A stretch of DNA of 12,972 nucleotides. It comes from Octopus sinensis. Lineage: Eukaryota. Position numbers and translations under genes: made by a program. Below are positions 8,893-12,972 of the stretch, piece by piece (the stretch's first letter is position 1; each line of letters begins with the position of its first letter). The stretch spans positions 1 to 12,972 of the forward strand of contig NW_021826382.1 of NCBI RefSeq assembly GCF_006345805.1. Reading direction: 5' to 3'. The notes beneath the pieces were generated by a model. The model ran no database searches. It was not told the origin of the DNA and saw only the letters and a program-made list of their open reading frames with translations.

Positions 8893-9254
8893 ACGCCCAT
8901 ATCAATGTTTTTAAACACTTTACCTTAAACTGAAAGATTAGTCAGTATTTTTAATAAACTAAATATTTATTATTCTTCAACAAAGGTAGTGCTAAGTGTT
9001 ACGCCAAAGTTTCGTGTTCTTCTTAACCTTCATCATACTGAGTCAGATAGTCCGATGAAAGCTAAGCTGGCAGGAACTTCGAACTTACAGCCGTCACTAT
9101 TCTTGCTAAAGAATAATAATACACAGCCGTCTACCTACCACACGTAATATTTTTGTATCTTGTTTTCTGCTTCTAAGACAACCAGTTAGAAGGAATATCT
9201 GTTATCTACCGATAGAAAATACAAAACGTTAGCAAGCAAGCTAGGAGACTGTTA

Positions 9255-9545
9255 GTGTAACTGCTACGGATAACGATGAAATCTCTTTGAAGTCATTCTT
9301 TACCTTCTTAACTTCTTGACAAAGGGAGAAAACTTTGGATAATGTGGTACTGAATATACAACGGTCTGGATTAAAGGAAAAAGAACTAGGTTGGTCTTAG
9401 CTGTAATACTTTTGATGATAGATCTGAAAGATCAGAGCTTATCTGCAGTTAAAGAAGAATATCCTGAAGAGTGCTGTTGGTGGTTTGATCTGCTAGTAAA
9501 ACCAACCAACTTTTCTGCAAATGACACATTAACGTCTTAAAAGAG
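9255..9545 (+). repeat. old interspersed repeat fragments (one longer piece plus a partial second copy from about 9482)
   Basis: 9255-9312 and 9482-9540 are weakly collinear (CTGCTA ... TCTTAA), and 2655-2697 resembles the inverse of 9482-9521. Resembles a SINE 3' segment recalled from octopus; not verifiable here. Confidence 0.4.
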
Positions 9546-9685
9546 GTAGGAGAAATTTAATAGCAATATATTATTCGATACACTAAACTTGAAATGAATA
9601 TTAAAAAAAAGCGTGTATGTGAGATTAAAACATCTTTGGTTAAAGTTCTCGCCACCTTAGCTGGTTAAGAATAATAATAAACAAC

Positions 9686-10028
9686 AACAAAAGCACTCAG
9701 AGAACGCAAACCTCAGCCAAAGCAACACCAAAGTCCTCTCAACTATTAGGTAGAGATGATTTTTAAAATGAGAATATCTGAAATAAACTCGACTGCTCTC
9801 ACAAACGAGAATACTAAAAATGAACCCGACTGTTCTCAAAAATTAAGTAAAAAAAAAAGAAACAGGAAAAGTAATCCAGAATCCTTGTCCAGTACGGGAT
9901 CGATCCCAAAATTTAAACAGTTCGGGCCAGACACGTGGGCACAGAATCCTGAAAATTTCATCAGAATCCATCCAGTGGTTCTTGACTGAAAAACAATAAC
10001 TCTGCCTTCGTTAAGGTGGAGGTAATAA
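9686..10028 (-). mobile_element. Helentron-associated non-autonomous element (HINE / DINE-1 / pearl-like)
   Basis: subTIR pair ACCTCAGCC (9710-9718) / GGTGGAGGT (10015-10023); terminal fold CTCTGCCTT-CGTT-AAGGTGGAG (10000-10021); two 37-bp internal units (9781, 9818); opposite-end hairpin GCGTTC-TCT-GAGTGC on the minus strand (9693-9707); T-rich ends on the minus strand and no TSD. Confidence 0.7.
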
Positions 10029-10299
10029 CCACACAAGTAACGACAACAGCGAACAGGAAGGACACGCCAATGACATGGTGAATCGATGATATTAGTGTGT
10101 TCAGGTAGGAAGTGAGAGTGGGAGAAAGAGAGGGAGAGAAAGAATGAGAGGAGAGAGTATGGTATATCAAGAGAAACACACGGTGGTCATAGGGGCGCGA
10201 GAAAGTGAGAGAGAACGAAAGAGAAGGAATGAGAGAGATTCAAATCAACGAGGAAGCATGCAAGAAATTAAATCTGTGTGATTGGGAGAGTTTAAGTAA

Positions 10300-10800
10300 A
10301 GGAGAGTAATAGTAAGAAAGAGGAAGAGTTAGAGGGGAGAAAGAGATACAGAAAGAAGAAAGCAGTGGTGAGAGCAAGACTTAGAAAGAAGTGTGTGTGT
10401 GTGAGAGAGAGAGGGAGTGTGTGAGAGACAGTATAAGAGAGACAGAGAGAGAGAGAGTCTGAGAGAGAGAGGATGAGAGAGAGTGTGATACAGAGAGAGA
10501 GAGAGTGAGAGAGAGAGAGAGTGTGATACAGAGAGAGAGTGTGTTTGAGAGAGAGAGAGTGAGAGAGAGTCGATGACAAACTGGTGTGTGACAGAGAGGG
10601 AAAGAGAAAAACTAGGATATGCGTGCTTGAGATAGTGATAAGATACATAGAGAGACAGAAAGAGAGTGAAAGAGAGAGAGAGAGAGAGTGACAGATAGAT
10701 AGATAGATAGATAGACAGGGAGAGGGAGGGAGAGAAAGCGAGAGAGAGCGCGCGGAAGATGAATGGACGTTAGTGAGGGACAGACAGAATATATGAATGA
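10300..10800. repeat. purine-rich (GA)n-based degenerate satellite with (GATA)n and (GAAT)n patches
   Basis: Read directly; explains the Ser/Leu-rich ORF 10292-10879. Confidence 0.93.
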
Positions 10801-11287
10801 ATGAAAACGAAGAAGAAAGAGTTACGTAAAGAGAATGAAAGCGGTTTACACGAGAAATGGAAATCTCTTCTAAAAGCAATTTGTCTCAACCATATTTCGT
10901 CCTATCTCATTCATACCGAACCTTCATCTCTGCTCAATACCCATTTGTATTGCTGCTCCGCTGTTGAAAAAAAAACCCATTGTATTTTACCCCCTCTACA
11001 TATCATTTTATTACCCCTATTTTGTTTTGTTCAACCTTCGCAAGAATACAAATATGCAAAAATAAAAGAACCACGGAAGAGAAATACTCCCTTTCCACAT
11101 GTAAAAAATGGCAGCAGGGACCTAAAAATAGTTTTATTGTTTTATTTATTGCTTCATATTTCGATTTATTTATTTATTTACTTTTTTTGTTTCTGCTTTG
11201 TTAACATGTTGTGAGACATGCTTTCGTATTCGTTTGCTATTCATTCAAATGATGGCTCCAATGCGGTTCACAAATGCATTTGTATAA

Positions 11288-11288
11288 C

Positions 11289-11336
<48 letters not shown>

Positions 11337-11380
11337 GTATGTATGTATATATACATATATATGTATGTGTGTGTGTACAT
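11288..11380. repeat. (CA)n-(TA)n-(ATGT)n compound microsatellite
   Basis: Read directly. Confidence 0.95.
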
Positions 11381-11385
11381 ATTTT

Positions 11386-11528
11386 TATATACCAATTAAG
11401 GACTGAACACGAAAAGTGGACAGTCAACATGCTAGATATAGACGTCAAATCGCCATTCTCCACAAAGAGACGTCTATATCTAGCATGTTGACTGTCCACT
11501 TTTCGTGTTCAGTCCTTATTGGTATATA
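11386..11528. repeat. near-perfect inverted repeat (fold-back 1)
   Basis: 11397-11446 is the exact reverse complement of 11469-11518 (50/50). A further 10 bp pair (11386-11395 with 11519-11528) after a 1-nt bulge; 22-nt spacer. Confidence 0.97.
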
Positions 11529-11774
11529 TAAATATTTAATCTTCGGATTCTTTTTTTAATATGCTAGACCACTGGTTTTAATTGATAAATATTGATTTCT
11601 ACCCTTAATTAATTTCATATTTTTATATATATATTTGTATGTTTATTAGAAGAAATAAGGTACTCAGAAATCTGGATGGATTTATATTTACAGATTTTTA
11701 TTAATATGCCACATGTTTTTATAAATCATATATTAGCGCTTGCATCTACTCTAGTAGAATCTCCAGATATGTTT

Positions 11775-11805
11775 ATATATGCATGTGTATATATGTATAT
11801 GAATA

Positions 11806-11845
<40 letters not shown>

Positions 11846-12000
11846 CCCATATATATGTATGTGTGTGTATATATATTATATATATATATATATGTGCATA
11901 CATACATACATACATTCATATATATATATATATATATTATGTGTGTGTGTATATATATGCATGTATATATGTATGTATGTATGTATGTATATGTGTATGT
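11775..12000. repeat. degenerate (TA)n/(ATGT)n microsatellite field
   Basis: Read directly. Confidence 0.93.
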
Positions 12001-12172
12001 AAGAAGAGTTAGCGGTTATAATAGCCGACTCAGGGATAAAATATCCGTATATACTATCGGTATTCGCCGTTACCCATGTTATCTCTGGACAAGGGTATGC
12101 AGGCACTCTATGCTCGTAAAGTACAGGTAACAACAGAATAAACAAAAGTTTATCAGGAAACAAATACAAATA

Positions 12173-12501
12173 ATCAGAAAATGAAGAAAGCCTCAGATCA
12201 TCAGGCACATCAACTGGATCACATTTATAGCTTATTATTTAATACAAAACATGGCGTAACATTTATGTGTCATAACAAATTTTACGTTTCCGCATCCGGT
12301 GCCGATCAATGTTTACAAAGAATTGCGAAAATAAAGTTCTTCATCGTCATAGGACATTTGAATCAGGACACCGGATGCAGAAATGGGCGTAAGATTTGTT
12401 ATGTCGCATACATATTATAACATGTTTTGTATTAAATAATAAGCTATAAATGTGGTCAAATTGATGTGCTTGTTGTTCTGAGGTTTTCTCCATTTTCTGA
12501 T
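12173..12501. repeat. long imperfect inverted repeat (fold-back 2), MITE-like
   Basis: Arms 12173-12301 and 12369-12501. Outer 81 bp pair with 8 mismatches, the next 33 bp with 8 mismatches, then a 4-nt indel and 14/15. The 67-nt spacer is weakly self-complementary. No clear TSD. Confidence 0.9.
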
Positions 12502-12541
12502 ATGTATATACTCTTTATTAAGGCTGCAAAATTCTCACAAG

Positions 12542-12581
12542 ACTGTCACTCAGAGTTTCACGTTTCTGTTCGTTGAATTGT
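12542..12581 (-). ncRNA. decayed mirror-copy hammerhead (inactive)
   Basis: Minus strand ACAAU-UCAACGA-ACAGAAACGU-GAAA-CUC U GAG-UG-ACAGU: stem III intact, but core CUGA mutated and triplet GUG. Confidence 0.55.
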
Positions 12582-12601
12582 TGTGATAGACATTTATCAC
12601 A

Positions 12602-12639
12602 GCTGTCTGACGAACAGGAACTTGAAACTGAGTAACAGT
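12602..12639 (+). ncRNA. minimal type I hammerhead ribozyme motif
   Basis: GCUGU (stem I) - CUGACGA (12607-12613) - ACAGGAACUU (stem II, decayed) - GAAA (12624-12627) - CUGAG (short stem III) - UA (predicted cut after 12634) - ACAGU (stem I partner, 5 bp including one G-U). Confidence 0.7.
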
Positions 12640-12972
12640 CCTGAGATAATTTTGCAGCTTTAATAAAAAGTAAATTTATTTTTTCCATCTTGTTTTGCAC
12701 TTCTGTGGTCACCTTCCTCATTCTTTCCTTTCCTGAGAGTCTGATAATACAGTACTTGTACCACATCCCCGCGATGTTGCTTTTTTTTTTGTTCTTTGTT
12801 TGGATTCACCATATATATTATATAATATATATAACTTAGATAAACTTAGATATGTTTCGACCAGAGATTGGTCCAGGCCATGTCTAACTTAATAGCACCA
12901 CCACCTGATAGGATTATTCGAATCCTGTTTAAGTCAAGTTTTGTTCAAGTAGTGAGTTCTTGTTGGGTGAGT

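Larger units (their letters stand above)
12511..12670. mobile_element. palindromic element (fold-back 3) made of two inverted hammerhead-containing units, probably Penelope-like pLTR derived
   Basis: Arms pair from CTCTTTATTAAGGCTGCAAAATT / AATTTTGCAGCTTTAATAAAAAG inward to TGTGATA-GACATT-TATCACA (centre 12589-12594). Each arm carries a hammerhead-shaped segment. The palindrome is seen directly; PLE origin is inferred. Confidence 0.75.

Noticed and set aside
9781-9842. 37-bp direct repeats resembling CRISPR periodicity
   Set aside because: Only two diverged adjacent units with no spacers, inside a eukaryotic HINE-like element.
10801-11214. 137-aa ORF
   Set aside because: It starts in the purine-rich satellite and ends in T-rich sequence; no recognisable domain.
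2752-12204. Other CTGANGA words (plus 2752, 5972, 9463; minus near 1384, 4333, 6420, 9964, 12204)
   Set aside because: None is followed by a stem II plus GAAA in register.
12849-12880. Half-hammerhead on the minus strand (GACCA-ATCTC-TGGTC-GAAAC) and short frame TKLDLNRIRIILSGGGAIKLDMAWTNLWSKHI*
   Set aside because: There is no CUGANGA upstream (only CCUG) and no stem I. The frame is closed by a stop about 30 nt from the window end, and similarity to PLE endonuclease C-termini is too weak to call. Sequence beyond the window is needed.

Overview
AT-rich, microsatellite-dense eukaryotic non-coding DNA. The repeat families recalled from memory point to a cephalopod (Octopus-like) genome, which is an inference and not a database result. 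No intact host gene is supported, and most ORFs in the track are microsatellite or low-complexity artefacts. The window is a mosaic of decayed mobile elements: at least three tRNA-derived SINE families, a mariner transposase remnant with one TIR, the 3' end of a CR1/L2-type LINE, the 3' end of an RTE-type LINE with two C2H2 fingers, and a Helentron-associated (HINE/DINE-1-like) element. The most interesting signals are RNA-structural. Two separate loci carry minimal type I hammerhead ribozyme motifs with the same unusual geometry (7871-7922 minus; 12602-12639 plus, with a decayed mirror copy at 12542-12581 minus), of the kind known from Penelope-like elements. Three fold-back inverted repeats are packed into 11386-12670, and the LINE tail shares a 29-nt 3' motif with one SINE family.
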